A stretch of DNA of 42,971 nt from Bigelowiella natans CCMP2755 (taxonomy: Eukaryota; Protista; Cercozoa): NCBI GenBank assembly GCA_000320545.1, contig ADNK01002252.1:1-42971 (forward strand). Reading direction: 5' to 3'. Made by a program: the position numbers and the translations under genes. How positions within the stretch are numbered: position 1 is the stretch's first letter; every line of letters begins with the position of its first letter. The notes under the pieces are model-generated. The model ran no database searches and was not told where the DNA came from. It saw nothing but the letters and a program-made list of their open reading frames with translations. Positions 1-13,752 of this stretch are shown here, piece after piece.

Positions 1-15
1 CCGCAAGAGGTATAC

Positions 16-60
<45 letters not shown>

Positions 61-297
61 GCATGTATTATATAGCTGCTACTGCTGCTGCTGCGTGTGC
101 AAGTGTGGTGGTTAGAATGGGATTTGAAATGATTTACCAGCATGGAGTTTGTGTCTCAGTAGAAAATCCCGCCCCTCTCCCAGTCCCCATCCCCTCGACG
201 TTTTCTGCCCTCACGACCCCCCCTCCCCCACCCCACTCCGTCCATGAAGCTTTCTATTTCCGCTCAGTATTTCCCCCCTGATGATTCTTACATATAG

Positions 298-1240
298 GCA
301 AGTACAACGATGGTATCCCTGCTGGCTCGAGGTGATGGCAGAGAACTACTCCTTTCTTTCTTTCTTTCTTTCTTTCTTTCATGAACACGATAGCATGATG
401 ATAATGACATAACGACGATGTAGCATGATGATAATGATGATTACATAACGACGATGTAGCATGAATTCACCCTTCATCGGTTGTCAGATTTGAGATCACA
501 GGTATTTCACAAAACAGCCACATGCAACCTCTATTTCCCTCGTTAATGAACCTGCTGAGGCATTTATCCGCATCATCATCGTCATCATCATCATCATCAT
601 CCTCACCATCTTCACCATCTTCACAATCACCACCACCATCATGACAACCAAAATCACCAGTACCACCATCGTTTGGTTTTTAACAGACTTGCCTCCCCAT
701 CGTACAAATGGCTTGCTGTCCGATTGGAATCATGGAAAAAGGAGGGCAAGGTGGGGGTGTGGGAGGGGGGTGGGGGTGGGGGTTGCAGCGCAATGTCCAA
801 CCAATATTTCATCTGGCATATGCGTGTTGTTTTTCCCGGTCGGTGATCGAAAAGCCCTCCTGTACAAAAGTAGTCCATCACCACATTCTCAATATTACTG
901 CCAGATTCATAAAATCAGAGAGCTCACCAATATTGCTGAGAAGGTACCCACAGCGATCACGTGCCCCCCCCCTTCTTCTCTCTGTAAAATCCCTTCTCCG
1001 CACACATTGTGGCAAGGGAGCATGCCATGCAAAACACGAAGTTTAATGTCAATGTCTTTGAAGGAACTTGGGTGCTCGATGTCGCAGCTAGCAATCGCAT
1101 GGTGCCTCAAGGTAGTTGTCATGTGTTCTATATCATATATTGCTAAGATATCAAACATAGGAGGTGTATTTACATATTACACGTGTTCTACTTACCTCGG
1201 AATTTTCATTCTTCCTCGCCTGGTCACCCTCTATTCACTC

Positions 1241-1282
<42 letters not shown>

Positions 1283-1984
1283 TTCTGCCGGGCTTTTACA
1301 AAACACATCATCTACATGCGAGCGCACTCCCGTCCAAATTGCGGCGTTTCCTGTCCGATGTTTTCTGTTCAGAACCCGAACGTTTCCACCGTGCTGCTGG
1401 GAGCAAGCAAGCCCGAGCAGCTCCAGGAGAATATCAAAGCGGTGATGATTCCACAACCTTATGCTAACACGCACGCACTACCAGTGACAATGCTCAGAAG
1501 GAGACTAGTTGTCACCGAATAACTATCCGCTTGATTAGCTAATGGATATGGGATGGTACCTGACAATATGAGCCATAGTACATACTGGTTTTCTTCGGAT
1601 TATATATAGCCACAAGTGCCTCCGCTGCTGCTGTATTGACGATTTTTTCAAAAATGGCGTGTCCCCGTTCCGTTTGTGACAGTCCGGATTTGACTGGTGC
1701 GTATGCTGCATTTTTTAATCTGAATTGCATCGCGCCCATCTAGGTGGATGTGGCAAAGAAACTTGATGAAGCTACGATGGAGAAAATCAATGGGATTCTC
1801 GGCAACCAGCCTTATCCCTACCAGGTTCAATAGTATACGTGCATCGATCAGAACACGAACGTGTAAATAATGATCCCACTGATTTGAAAGCCAGGTTTTG
1901 TTCTCATGAATTCTGAATATTTCCATCGTATCGTCGTAGGGTTACGGCGGAGCGGGTCGTCGCCAGATCAGAAACAAGCTTTGA
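298..1984 (+). CDS. Voltage-gated K+ channel beta subunit / aldo-keto reductase family protein, 3' part (multi-exon, 5' end lies upstream)
   Basis: GT-AG exons join to [147 protein letters not shown] is the typical Kv-beta/AKR6 C-terminal motif. Confidence 0.9.
391..464. repeat. Imperfect ~30-36 bp tandem duplication inside an intron
   Basis: TAGCATGATGATAATGAC-ATAACGACGATG is repeated with a small insertion, followed by a third TAGCATGA. Confidence 0.7.
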
Positions 1985-2189
1985 ATGGAACGTGCTTCTA
2001 AGAACTGTGAAATTGAATCTATAGAAATCATTATATCGAGAGTTGATTACACTAGCATAGTACACGCGCATATGGCGCAGTATTTGCAATGACACACTAC
2101 CACTATCCATGTGCGGCAGTATCTAATCACGGCAAGATAGATATACATTAGCATACGCCGCCGTCGCATGCAGAGCGACAATAATCATG

Positions 2190-2398
2190 GCTATACTTCA
2201 ATCTATCATCACAATGCATATCTAGCTAGCTAGGGTCAAACTGCGAGTCCTAGATCACTAGATCAGGCAGGCGCATATCTTGATATTTACACGTCTAGAC
2301 GTGTCTGGTGTGGATGTACATCTAGACATATGACACATTCTAGCATTCTAACATTGATTGTGCCGCGCATGTGTACACACACACACACACACACACCT

Positions 2399-2432
<34 letters not shown>

Positions 2433-2720
2433 CTGGACTTGTAGATGAGCACCGTACTACTTTGCTTCAACGCTGCTGTGCCCTGTTCGCCTATCAGCGC
2501 TGCGCATGTTATCGCACAATGTTTTGCCGGCCCGAGTATGCACCATTCTAGCATTCTTCGAACATTTGACACATGCAACAGCGTATTCTACGTGTTACAC
2601 GCGTCATATAGTACGCCTATATGTACGTGGTGTCTAGTTTCGGCTGGCTTCACAACAATATTGAAATATGAAAATACTTCAAATTGTTTTGTAGAATCTA
2701 GTACCAGGCATTGAGGCGAC
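2190..2720. other. CTAG/TGCA/CATG-rich spacer block between convergent genes (two CATTCTAGCATT copies, one ACATCTAGACAT, 16 bp palindrome)
   Basis: CATTCTAGCATT at 2336-2347 and 2544-2555; ACATCTAGACAT at 2318-2329; perfect palindrome ACACGTCTAGACGTGT at 2289-2304. Confidence 0.6.
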
Positions 2721-2849
2721 GCAGTACACGTGCTGCTATTGTGTCACGATGCTACATGTACATATCCTCGGTGAGTGTGCCCTCGTTGCTCCAACATCGA
2801 TCGATCTAAAGACGAAGCAAAGGACGAAGGGCATGCCTGCGACGACGAC

Positions 2850-3467
2850 GTCGACGACTGTTGAAAGCGACAAAGTGATCGAGGTTCCGTGCATCATCAT
2901 ATCCAGATATCACACCCGACCGGTGCACAGTCTAATGAGGTGGCATAATGAATTCCCCTACGTTTTTTTCTGGCCACTGTGCTCTATCCGCATCGCCATA
3001 AGCTTCATCGGTCACCTTTTTATTCGCGTACACAGGCGGTTCGAATTTGAATCACAGCACACCGTTTCTCGTGCCCATGATACAATTTTTTCTAAATTCT
3101 ACTTTTTTAGTTTTTCTTACGATCGGCAAGTCGGCGTTGAGTTCATGTTCGCCTTCGAGGGCAAAGTGCCAGAACCATGTCGTATCCAACTTACAACGGA
3201 GCACACACAGCGGCAATGAAATCATGAAGACTGCACATATATCCGCAAGCACGATGATGTATGGTTTGTTTCAAAGTGTGTCTGTCTCCCACCTTTTTAA
3301 GGATGACTCGCAATACCCGCAAAGAGTGCAAATCTTCGATGGCTGCGTAGCAAATGCAATTCCCCGACTTCAGGTGAAATCGATTCAAGTGAAAATTTCG
3401 AGACAAAGACAAACTAAAGCGTTCAAATAGCAAAAAATATTATACAGCAAAGGGTGTGCTACTACCG

Positions 3468-3500
<33 letters not shown>

Positions 3501-4450
3501 TTTCTACATCACTAAATTGAAAGGACTGTTGCCAGAAATGGCGACTAATAACTATTAATGAGTTTAGAGATACGATTGTGGATTGTACTGAGATGTTCTC
3601 ATTATTATTATGATTATTGTCATCATCATTATTAGTACCCCATAGACTGTCTTCTGTTTTGACTACTTGATGGAATCTTCCTGCGACATCGTAGTAGAAA
3701 CAAGCAAAGGTCTAAGATAAGGTTATAAAGAGAAGGCCGCCCCAAAAAAATAGCATTTACGCGAATAATTGAGATTAGCGACAACGCCTCGTACGTAATG
3801 TTGAATTTGAAAGGAAAGTGGGGCAAGAATGAAAGGACGATGCGGGAGGGAGGAGTAACCAACCGGGCGATAGAGCATGAAATCACTAGTCTAAATATCA
3901 TCTCTAGAACAGGATCTCTCTTTGCCGTAGAATACCTTCTAGCTACTCACTACTTCCACACTAGAATCAACCCCAACACATAACGCCCTAGCTGTGATAT
4001 CTTTACCGCTGATGATAAGTTTGTCAGAAGCGAAGCGATCCAGCTTGTGGTCATTAACATCACGATTACCACTGCCACCAGTTCTTTGACCCCGCTCCTC
4101 CTCCTCCTCCTCCTCCTCCTCCTCCTCCTTCTCCCTTTTTGTGCTCTTATCCTTCTTTATCCATACCCGTAGGTCCCACGTAGTGATCTCCACCTAAATT
4201 GACAGGATCTTTATAGGATGCGATGGTGCAGATAAGGCATAATACCACCAGCAGCTCGAGTACCACATAACCCAACAATCAAATCAAAAAGTGCAAATAG
4301 TGCAAATATAGTCTACCTATCATCTATTCAATCAATATTCTCATCAGCAGTATGGCTGGGGATAATGAACGTAATCGAAGTATCATCGAGTCATCGTCGT
4401 TTGCCACCGCAACGACCATCACTTAGTATTACTAATAGCATTGTCATCAT

Positions 4451-4481
<31 letters not shown>

Positions 4482-4772
4482 AGCAACAACAACTTTCAGA
4501 TCTTTGCTGCCGATATGTGAGTCAATCTGATGTGGTGAGGAAGTGTGATAATTACGAAGTAAAGAGTATGATAACGATGATGATTGTGGCGATGATGATG
4601 ATGGCGACGATCATAATGAAAGGGTTTTTGACGATTGTGATAATAAGGATGAGAGGATCTCCATATCAATAGCGGAGTCACAGAATACGTATTTCTTAGT
4701 GTAAGTTTTAATTATCTCTCACTGGAATGTAAATATTGACATATCCCAGATTTCCTGATGGATACGATAGAT

Positions 4773-4803
<31 letters not shown>

Positions 4804-5494
4804 AAGAAAAATATCCTTTCACTGCTGCTTCATAATGACGACGATGATGATTATGATCATGGTAAAAAACATTACCGGATTCGTCGTATTTTTCGTCCCA
4901 AAAGTAGAAGGTCTGGTTGCTGCAGCATGATAGGTACAACGTTATTATCAGGAATGAGATGCTCGACGCCTCTTTATTGATTCTTACTGCAGCTAGCTGC
5001 TGTCTGCTACGACTAACGAATCACTATGATCAATACCGTCGCCAGTAGCATTTATGAAGGTTTGGGTCTTTGTTGAACTCAGGAAATACTATGTGATCAA
5101 GCTCTGATAACGACGACGACGACGATGATGATGAAGGCAGAGGGGGGGGGTGATATAAATAAGGAAGGAACAGGGCGATGTGGATAATAATGATAGCAGC
5201 AAATATCACAGCATAATCCTGATTTCTTCTTCTTCTTCTTTTTCTTCTTCTTGTTCTTGTTGTTCTTCCTCCGTTTATTCTTCTACTGCTCCTCATACTA
5301 CTACTGCCAGTACTAAAGCTATTATTTTACTATTAGCAGTAATAGTCATAGTAGTAGCAGTAAAAATAATGATGACAATTATAATAAAACGATATTATAC
5401 AAACTTGCCGGTACTACCCTTATTTCGTATTGCTACAACAACACTCACCATTTGTTGAAGATTCACCACCGCCACCACCACCCACCCAACCACC

Positions 5495-5539
<45 letters not shown>

Positions 5540-7300
5540 TACCTTCTTTAATCATCTTGTTCGCATAATGGTGCAAGGGGCCCGTCTCTACAATAAGAGA
5601 AAGAGAAGGAGAGCGCAATTGAGACGATGACGACGACGTGCTTGGTAATACTACTCACCCCACACCATTAATACTTAGGAATCACCCAACGTTCATCTTG
5701 GTAGTCTTCAATTGTTCCAGACAGGCCTTAAAAAAGGGGAGGAGGGGGGGGAGAGGAGGGGAGGAGGAGGAGGAGAAATATGGAGGTACTTCATATCCCG
5801 AACAGCTGAAAATCTTTGCTGCAGCATTTCTTCATTTTGTAATCGTCACCCATTCACACGTACAACGAAAATACCAACCTTGCGTTCAGCATCCAGGCCT
5901 TCTGTTTTACGGTACATCACCTCATATCTGTTGTCCTTGTTCCAGGCCTCAGTGAGATTTTTAAAGCTTTCATCCTTCTCCTTTCTCGAAGACGACGACG
6001 ATGATGACGACCTAAATTTTCAAACATTAATAATATCCCAATACACAAGCAATTGCCTGCATTATCCTCACTGGCGGTCATCACATGGAAATAAATCATA
6101 CATCAAGCAGCCTCCGCGAAGTAGCCGGAATGATTCTCCCCCCTTTTTGGCATTCAAAAACTGATTTTAGATGCAACCATTTCAAAGTATTTTAGTCGGA
6201 AAACAAAAACACGATGTCAGGTCGACGGCTACAACAGCTCGCTCACTCACCAGTGCTGCTAAGTTCTGATTCCCCAGCGACGCTATCATCAGTTGATGCT
6301 CTTGTTGTAATGACTTCGTTCTTTCCCTTCTTCTATTAGGGCTGGTGGTGATGTGCCGCCTTCTCGTTTCTGTTTGAAAAGAAGACAGAGAGGAAGTATT
6401 TGGCATTAAGTAGCTGCTTGTGTGTGCTACACACGTCGTGGTAGTATGTATTTAGTAGCTGTGATCTTACAGTCACTACTACAACAGTGCGATTTAATGG
6501 TGGACAAAACTACGAAGTAACTTACATGTCAGGATTACCCGATGAATCTATTATTATAAACCGTCTAAGGGTGAGGGCACTAACTGTATTGTGCCAGCAC
6601 GGACTGACCGTAAGGATGTAGTCGAAGGAGGAGGAGGACGAGTAACAGGAGGAGTATGACTACAAAGCTGCCCCCCCTCTTCGATTTTGAATTACACCTA
6701 ACCAGCCACCTTGAGGAAGGGAATCAATAATTAGAAAGAAACTTGGCGGTAAGGACGAAAGAAACTTTACGTGTTTATCATCTCTAAATCCTGTGCCTCA
6801 GTAATTGCAAGCGTCCTCCGGCTGCGGGGAGGATGTAGGAATGCACTTTTTCCGGATTGACCTATCGTCAAATCTCCTCAGCTCCCTCCCATAGCTTTGA
6901 GAGGCCTATGTTGCAGCTTGGATTCTAATCGGTTTTAACGGTGGAGAAGCGACATTCCTCCTCCTCCTCGTGATAGCAGCCTGTAAGCTTTAGTGGCACG
7001 TGGGAGAGGAGTTGGTAAATGCGATTCATCGGATAAAGAAAAGAAACTTAAATCCTTTAAAAAAATGCTACATTATAAAAGAAAAAGGATGGGGTTTATG
7101 TTGTGCGACTAGACCCTGGACTCCAATTTGGCGAAAGCTAATTCATGTCATTTTGATTAAGCGACAACGAATTTGCAGCATAATTGACTGGAAGAATACC
7201 ACGCATCTCCATCTCTCGCCGGGGAAGCAAGCAGACCAACCACCAGGCAGGATGGCAAAGCCGACCTGTGGCATTTGCGAGGGGCCAATCCAATCCCAGC
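2850..7300 (-). CDS. Hypothetical multi-exon protein (boundaries approximate, function unrecognised)
   Basis: A series of AG/GT-bounded, protein-like segments separated by microsatellite introns on the minus strand, e.g. SRRTLAITEAQDLEMINT, RFIIIDSSGNPD, VFECQKGGESFRLLRGGCL, TGPLHHYANKMIKE, NQTFYFWDEKYDES|GNLGYVNIYIP, IDSHIGSKDLK, TFACFYYDVAGRFHQVVKTEDSLW. Full frame continuity was not resolved. Confidence 0.5.
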
Positions 7301-7615
7301 CTATAAGGTTTTTAATTAAATAAATGCAGCTTGGAAGTGTTGTCCTTGTTGTTGTTGTTGCTGCTGCTGTAAAATGCTATTGTGCTGCCGTGTGCCGGTT
7401 GGATGAAGAGTAGTTTGTGGAATGAAAGTCGTGGAGTGTCACTTGATACGACTCGTTGTTTATTTCGCTTAGGGCTTCGTGCGGACACGTATTTCGCAAA
7501 TCGTGTATTCGAGATTATGTAAAGGTAGCTGCCGATGCTGGTTGGTAGTTGTGTTCTCTCTGTCAGTTGAGTGCGAAGGCGCTGCCCAACATTACGTCTT
7601 ACATACACACACACA

Positions 7616-7655
<40 letters not shown>

Positions 7656-7827
7656 CATGCACTGAATATATTTTGTGTATAGGTGTGTCCACATATGTAA
7701 AAAATATTACAATGTAATTAATGTTTCATTTTAACCGTTCGACGTGATCTTGAATTCATACGTTAATCTTGGTGTAGTGATAGTGATTGACAGCCTAAAC
7801 TGTCTGGTTTAAACGCAGACAACGGGA

Positions 7828-9480
7828 ATGGCAGGCCTAACCTGCCCGGTCTGCTTCGACATCATAACGTTGACGACAACGAAGAAGATAAAGAAAAAAA
7901 CAAGACCGAGGTCTCTTGAAGGAGAAGGTGATGACTAAATAAGAAAAAATGAAGCTGAACGCAAAGATCTAATTGTTGATGTCTTTTTTTTCGTTTTAGC
8001 TTCTGGAGTACGTGGTGACAGCGCTGTGGAAACGAAGGAAACTGAACAGGCAGATCGAACTGGAGGAAGTGCTGATTCTCGAGTGGGCAGTACTGTGGGA
8101 GAGAGCAGTAGCTTGAGGAGTGCGGAGGAGGAGGGACAAACATCCCAACTTCCCAGTAGCAGTGGTGACAGTACCTGCAAAAATAGAACCCTTGAGGCTA
8201 GCAGTCCCAGTGATGGAGGAAGCAAAAATCGCAAGCGTCGACGCAGTGTCACATTCGCCGACAAAATTGAGTTAGGGAGGACTGGCATGGGCATAAGGTG
8301 TGGGTTGGTGCTAGCTGCTGTGAGAAGGCTATGATTCCAATCACCCTGGATGATTGCCTCGCGTATGCCACATGATGTCTTCGAGAAGGTTCTTAGCTTT
8401 AGTGGTCTGCGAAGGAGGTCGTTATTCTAATAATGCATTGTTTCGATTGCTGTGTGACAACTCTGTTCAGAAGTTCGCTTGAAAGTGCAAAGAAGAAGAA
8501 GCCGCGACCTATTTTGCGTAGAAGAGAGGGGGACATACCGAAGCAACCAGACGATGAACCTGATTGGTATTGCATAGCCTGCCAAGAGAAAGTCAAGCAC
8601 AAAGACAAGCATTCGCATGTGCTCTCCATCGGCCATAACATTAAAGCCACGGAGATGAAAAATAAGATTAATGGCCCGGGCAAGCTGAACACAGGTTGGA
8701 TCTGTAACAAAGTACAATAAGTACAATGAATGTGCACGCTAGTACTCAGATTGCACCTCTCGTCACAATCGTCATCATATCATTACTATTGCCACAATTT
8801 TTTATCGAAGGCGTTGGAGTAGGCAACAGAGGCTATCAGATGCTAGTTCGACTCGGATGGGACGAGAGAAGCGGATTGGGAGCTGACGGGAGAACAGGAA
8901 TAATGAGACCGATTGCTACCCAACTTCGGTGAGAAGGATTACAACACGTGATGACAATGATGATATGATAATGATAATTATAATATATTAGTAATAAAGA
9001 GATTGAGGCAATAATTTAGCCACATTTTATTTCATATGACATACGTAATAGACACGTGGACGAAATTGGCATGATCCCGAAAAATGTACAAAAGCAGCAG
9101 CGGCGGCCGTCAGCTGCTGTGATATCTGTAGAGATGAGCGACAGAACCAACCGTAGTTTATCAGGAAAAGGCGTGGAGGAATCGGCACGCGACAGCCCAA
9201 ACACCGTGTAACTCATTTCCCTTCACATCACGGAACAGGTCATTCTTTCGTTTGAAAATTCAGTTAGGACGAGCTGTAATTGTCTTAAATTGTTGCAGGC
9301 GAAATATCAAAAGAGGCACTCAGAGCAGTGCAGAGAAGAGCCCCACCCAAATTAAAAACGGAGCCTTCCAAAAAGGAAAAAGCGAAAGCAGCAGCTATTC
9401 AAAATGCAGCCGACATTGCCATTAGAAGAGAGCTAAAAGGATTGGGTGATGTGGCGAATGCAGCTAGGGCTACATTTTAG
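7828..9480 (+). CDS. GPANK1-like zinc-finger + G-patch domain protein (start uncertain)
   Basis: WYCIACQEKVKHKDKHSHVLSIGH (CxxC..H..H), then a G-patch exon ~8811-8929 (NRGYQMLVRLGWDERSGLGADGRTGIMRPIATQLR), spliced to KRRGGIGTRQPKHRVTHFP, and a last exon ending AARATF* at 9480. The order Zn-finger / G-patch / RVTHF matches the GPANK1 C-terminal half. Confidence 0.75.
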
Positions 9481-9882
9481 CAAGCGTGTACATTAGTGAT
9501 GCCACATCTGATAGCAATGATGTAGAGCATGATGGCATTAGGTACACCATGTGGTCCACACGAGGTGCACCATGTTCCAATAACTATTAGTAAACGATTA
9601 CAATTCCATCTCGAACCCAGCGGTCTTCTCATATGTGGGCCCAAGACACATCATTTTGTGTGACATGCATGCGACATGCGACATGACACTTTCGCTCTTT
9701 CGTCATTGCTGCCATAGATGGCAGCCAGTCTAGCAGTAGCGCGCACACTGATCGAGTAATGAGATCATTTTGACCGCCTGGCTTGCAGCTGCACAATGCT
9801 AGAATGTTCACTTACTCTAGTTACTAGATTGCATTGCATTGGAGCAGTGCTACAAAATCATTTTCCTAACCAACATCAATAT

Positions 9883-11120
9883 CTAGATATGATGCTTTTT
9901 TCGAGTTTTTAATTTGTTTGCATGTGATGTAAGAGTGTTACCTACGTTCGGGTTTAGCTTGCACCATCTCTGTTGGAAAACCACAAGTGAACAATGTGTA
10001 GTCTTCTGAATTAAGCACATTGATGACCTTTTGATGGCAAGACAAACCGTGTGCAGTTTTAAATTTTCGATGGCAATAGGTACACATTGTCGAAACAAAA
10101 TCGGAAGCATCAGAGGGAGTTGATAGCATCAGATTGTGAGTACGCATTTCAGCCTGCTTTAGTTCTCTGCCTCACCAACAAATAACCCGCATCAGACTTC
10201 AATTGACGAATGTAATTAGTTAGCAGGCTGACCTATTCATTGTATTACTTCGCAGCACCAACCTTTCCAGCCTTAATTTAGCATTGTCCCTCCTCTCTTT
10301 CAAGCTTATTGTTAATGTACAAAGGTACATTTAGCAAAACAGCAAAACCCTATCAAGATCAATATTGTATTTTTAGTTCATATACCGAGCCAATCGATCT
10401 TCAAATTTTGCCTTATCCATTAGCAATTTTTGTAAGATACTCTTGGTAGCCAATGGATGAACCTTCTTTAGCTCATTAATTTCGTCAGAGACGACCAGAA
10501 TGCTAAATTTTGCTGTTTCAATGTTTTCTGTGGTAGCTTCAATGTTTTGCTCAACTTTCCTTTCGGTTTCGAAGATATGATTTTTTTTTTCTTTCAGTAA
10601 TTTAAGTTCTTGCTCTTCCTGTAGCCGCCTATGTTTTATGGATTCTTCTATTTCATGAGTGTATGCAAATGCATCTCGTTGAACATCTAATAGAATCTGG
10701 GAATCTAAAAGCTCCGATCTAACTTGATTAAACTGCTCTTTCAAGGTATCAACAGTTGTTTTAAGTTGTTGTTGTTGAGCCTCCAATTTAGCACTATAGC
10801 AACCTAAGTTTCTGATAACAGCTTGTGTCTCCAAAAGTTTGATCTCTTTCTCAGCTCGTTGCTGAAACAGAAGCTGGACCTGGTTAATTAAACTTGTTCG
10901 TTTGTCTGGATTAGTCTGAGTTTAGATATTTACCTCATTTCGGATAGATTCGCACTGCTCTCGAATCTTATTCGTTAGAAGACGAACGTTATCAAAAGAT
11001 TTAGCAGCAGAGGAGGTTTTATGCGCGAGTCTTTTATTTTCAGATTGAAGTTGCTCGATTTCTTGAAGAAGCTTGCTTGATTGCATTGTCATTGATTGTC
11101 TCTCTCCCTCTATCAAGAGG
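9883..11120 (-). CDS. Hypothetical coiled-coil protein with C-terminal CxxC-H-C zinc-finger-like motif (5' end not resolved)
   Basis: ORFs 10922-11116 and 10373-10834 are E/Q/K/L-rich heptad sequences. The 3' exons splice to CTYCHRKFKTAHGLSCHQK|RWCKLNPNV...KKHHI*. Confidence 0.6.
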
Positions 11121-11429
11121 CTTCATTAGTATGGTCCCACGACATATTATTCACTTCGAAAAGTAGGACAGCTTGGCAATGTTTATGTGTAGATTGAATG
11201 TGTATGAATTGGATTCAGCTTACGTTTAAGGAGCCATTGAACAACAAAAATTGCTCCACGTGAAAGGATGAAAGGTTAGTTATAAAAATCGGAGTGTTCC
11301 AAATCATAAAAATGCAGGCTGGTCGATTATAGCGTCATAGAATTTAGAGGAATAAGTCTAGAAGTTGATAGTACGAGAACAAATTTATTCCATTCCAACT
11401 TCCCTAGATCTGATCTAGTTCTTTCTGCC

Positions 11430-12770
11430 TGTGCGATGAAGGCAATGTTGCATTTGTTGTGTCATTCAAAATGACAAAGAGATATCATACCCTGAAAACA
11501 TCTAAGGAATATGTCTCAATATCTTGGTAAAAACTAGAACTAAATTAATGGATATTTCACCGATCCATTAAGTTAAAATAAGTTCTGCACTCGCAGCAAA
11601 TTTGTCCCAATAGGTGGAGGAGGGGAGGAGGATGATGGGGGAGAAAGCTGGGGTGAAACACAAAGAGTAGGTTTGTATCTCGAATTGCACATATGAGGAT
11701 AAAAAGGTTGAGTGCAGTGTTGGGAAGATGTGTGATATTTCCGCATCTCCTGACCATTCACCTCATGCTGCTCTCGGGACATGCTTCTGGGTTGAGTAAG
11801 GACCAGAGTAGCGCCAAGTCTATTGATAAGTCTAGACCCTATGGATGTCCGTCAACGCTAGCCTCAGTATCACAAGAAGAGGAACGTTCTGCAGGTAAAT
11901 CATATCTTTGAGTCAAGATTTTTCCTTCCGAACTAGTGTTTTTTGTCGTGTAGATAGGAAAATGCAGAGGCAACGCTTCCAAAGTGTTGAGCTACAGTAC
12001 TTGTCGATGCTTCATGAGGTAGACATAAATCTCTGGGCCTGCGTAGTCGATTCGCTTTATACATACATACTTTTTCGTTGCTATTCTCCTGAAGGTCAAC
12101 GATGTCTTGGATGTACCGCCAATGTCAGGTAAAGGAATGTTATGAATTAACTGTCCTTGCCCACCTTATGTAAGTAGAACCACAAAAACTCTGAGGGCGT
12201 ACGCCTAATTGGCAAATGTATACATGTGAAAATAATAAATCAATGTTGCAGATGCAAATTTAGAATATCTGGAGAAAGAGCGAAAATTTCTATGCCGAGA
12301 GAAAAGGGAGAAAAAGCAGACGAGCATTAAAGAAGGATTGAATCGAATCCCTTCATTTGGCTACGATTCGCGATGGAGGAGCAAAAACACGTCCAAAAAA
12401 GAATCAGGATTTTTGCCAGTAGCAACACCAGCCAACCGTAGTGCAAACCTCTTTTCAATTTGATAATCGTGGTGCTAGAGTAATTCTGACAGCTTCATCT
12501 GTTTTTTTAATTTTGTAGGAAAGAGGAGGAAGCAGTCCCAACCACAGACAAGACATATTGAGGGAAGAAAGCAACACGATAAGAGGAAGAAGGATGCCAA
12601 CGTACAACTCAGGGATGCTGAGGATAATGGAGCCCGAGGAGTACTTCTAAACTTATTTGTTTTCGAAGCCGTTGTGCGCAGCATAGCTGGCAGTGTGCTA
12701 ACCATGTGATTCGTTTGCCAATTAATGCTTAGGAGTGGAAGCTGTATCAACATCTGGACGTAGACTGACG
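11430..12770 (+). CDS. Possible hypothetical multi-exon protein (boundaries approximate)
   Basis: AG/GT-bounded charged segments such as DRKMQRQRFQSVELQYLSMLHE|, DANLEYLEKERKFLCREKREKKQ and RKRRKQSQPQTRHIEGRKQHDKRKKD. No recognisable domain. Confidence 0.35.
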
Positions 12771-13645
12771 CTTAAGATATAGTAAATACTCAGAACATCG
12801 TGCGACCCACATAACGTAACGACGAATGTTCCAACAGAGCACGCTCTGAATGTACTGGGTTTAATTAGCGTGTCACGCACTGCCACAGATCGGATATCAG
12901 TAGCACATCGCTAGATCGACTCGCTAAATAATGATATATAGTGTCCATGCATTTCTTGCTAATTGAAGTACAATGATTTTTTAATTGCATATTGAAACGG
13001 GATCCGATGAGCGTAGCGAGATGCCGAGCATTGGCTCTTGTCAAATAATGTTAAAATTGCATAATGTTTGTGCATTTGCATTGGCCCGTGGCATAACCTG
13101 CAGCTACTACCTTTCACTTTGCTGCGCTTCCAAAGTAACAGCTACAACAAATGTGAAACACACAAACTTTCACAAATTAATTACACATACGATATACGCA
13201 TGCACGACTGCTTGGTGGATCGCAAAAAAATGGCGGTCAGGCGGTAAAGGGCGGCTGCCTAAACAGCTTTGGTCGTCGTCTCGTTGTCATGAAAAAGAAA
13301 CCATTTCATCTTTGCTAGTTTGCAATTTGGTCCGGCTTTACGCCGGCCTCGATCCTGCTAGCCTGGCATTTCAATAACGCGCAATAATACCATGATTTCA
13401 TCTGAAGTTCAATGTTGCATGGCAATCGCAGAAGGCACTGGCAGTCCCATATCTAGCCATGTGATGTTCATGTAATGTCGCACTTGCGGGTCCGAAAATC
13501 TCTTATATATCCAAGGTGTGTAGCTGTTTGCGTTTCCTATTTGCGTGTCTGCATTCTATGCCGGACCCCGTCACCATGATACACAATGCATGCTCGGTAA
13601 TCAAAGATTTTTTTATTAAGCTGCTTGTCATAGATTCAATAACAT

Positions 13646-13681
<36 letters not shown>

Positions 13682-13752
13682 GAATAATGCTGCGACGGGA
13701 TGCACACGCATGCGATTCAGCGCTTATTACTATAATGAGCGGTTACTATTTC

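Noticed and set aside
488-501. 14 nt AG/GT-flanked micro-exon (RFEIT) in the Kv-beta intron
   Set aside because: Inclusion would frameshift the conserved downstream exons; such short flanked segments occur by chance and there is no transcript evidence.
641-1522. 293 aa ORF as a single protein
   Set aside because: It is read-through of Kv-beta exons and introns, including a (CT)n tract giving SLSLSL; the true protein comes from spliced exons.
3200-3350. Possible in-frame TGA read-through (selenoprotein) after plus-strand ORF 2749-3219
   Set aside because: No redox motif and no SECIS recognised; the region is better explained as antisense to the minus-strand gene.
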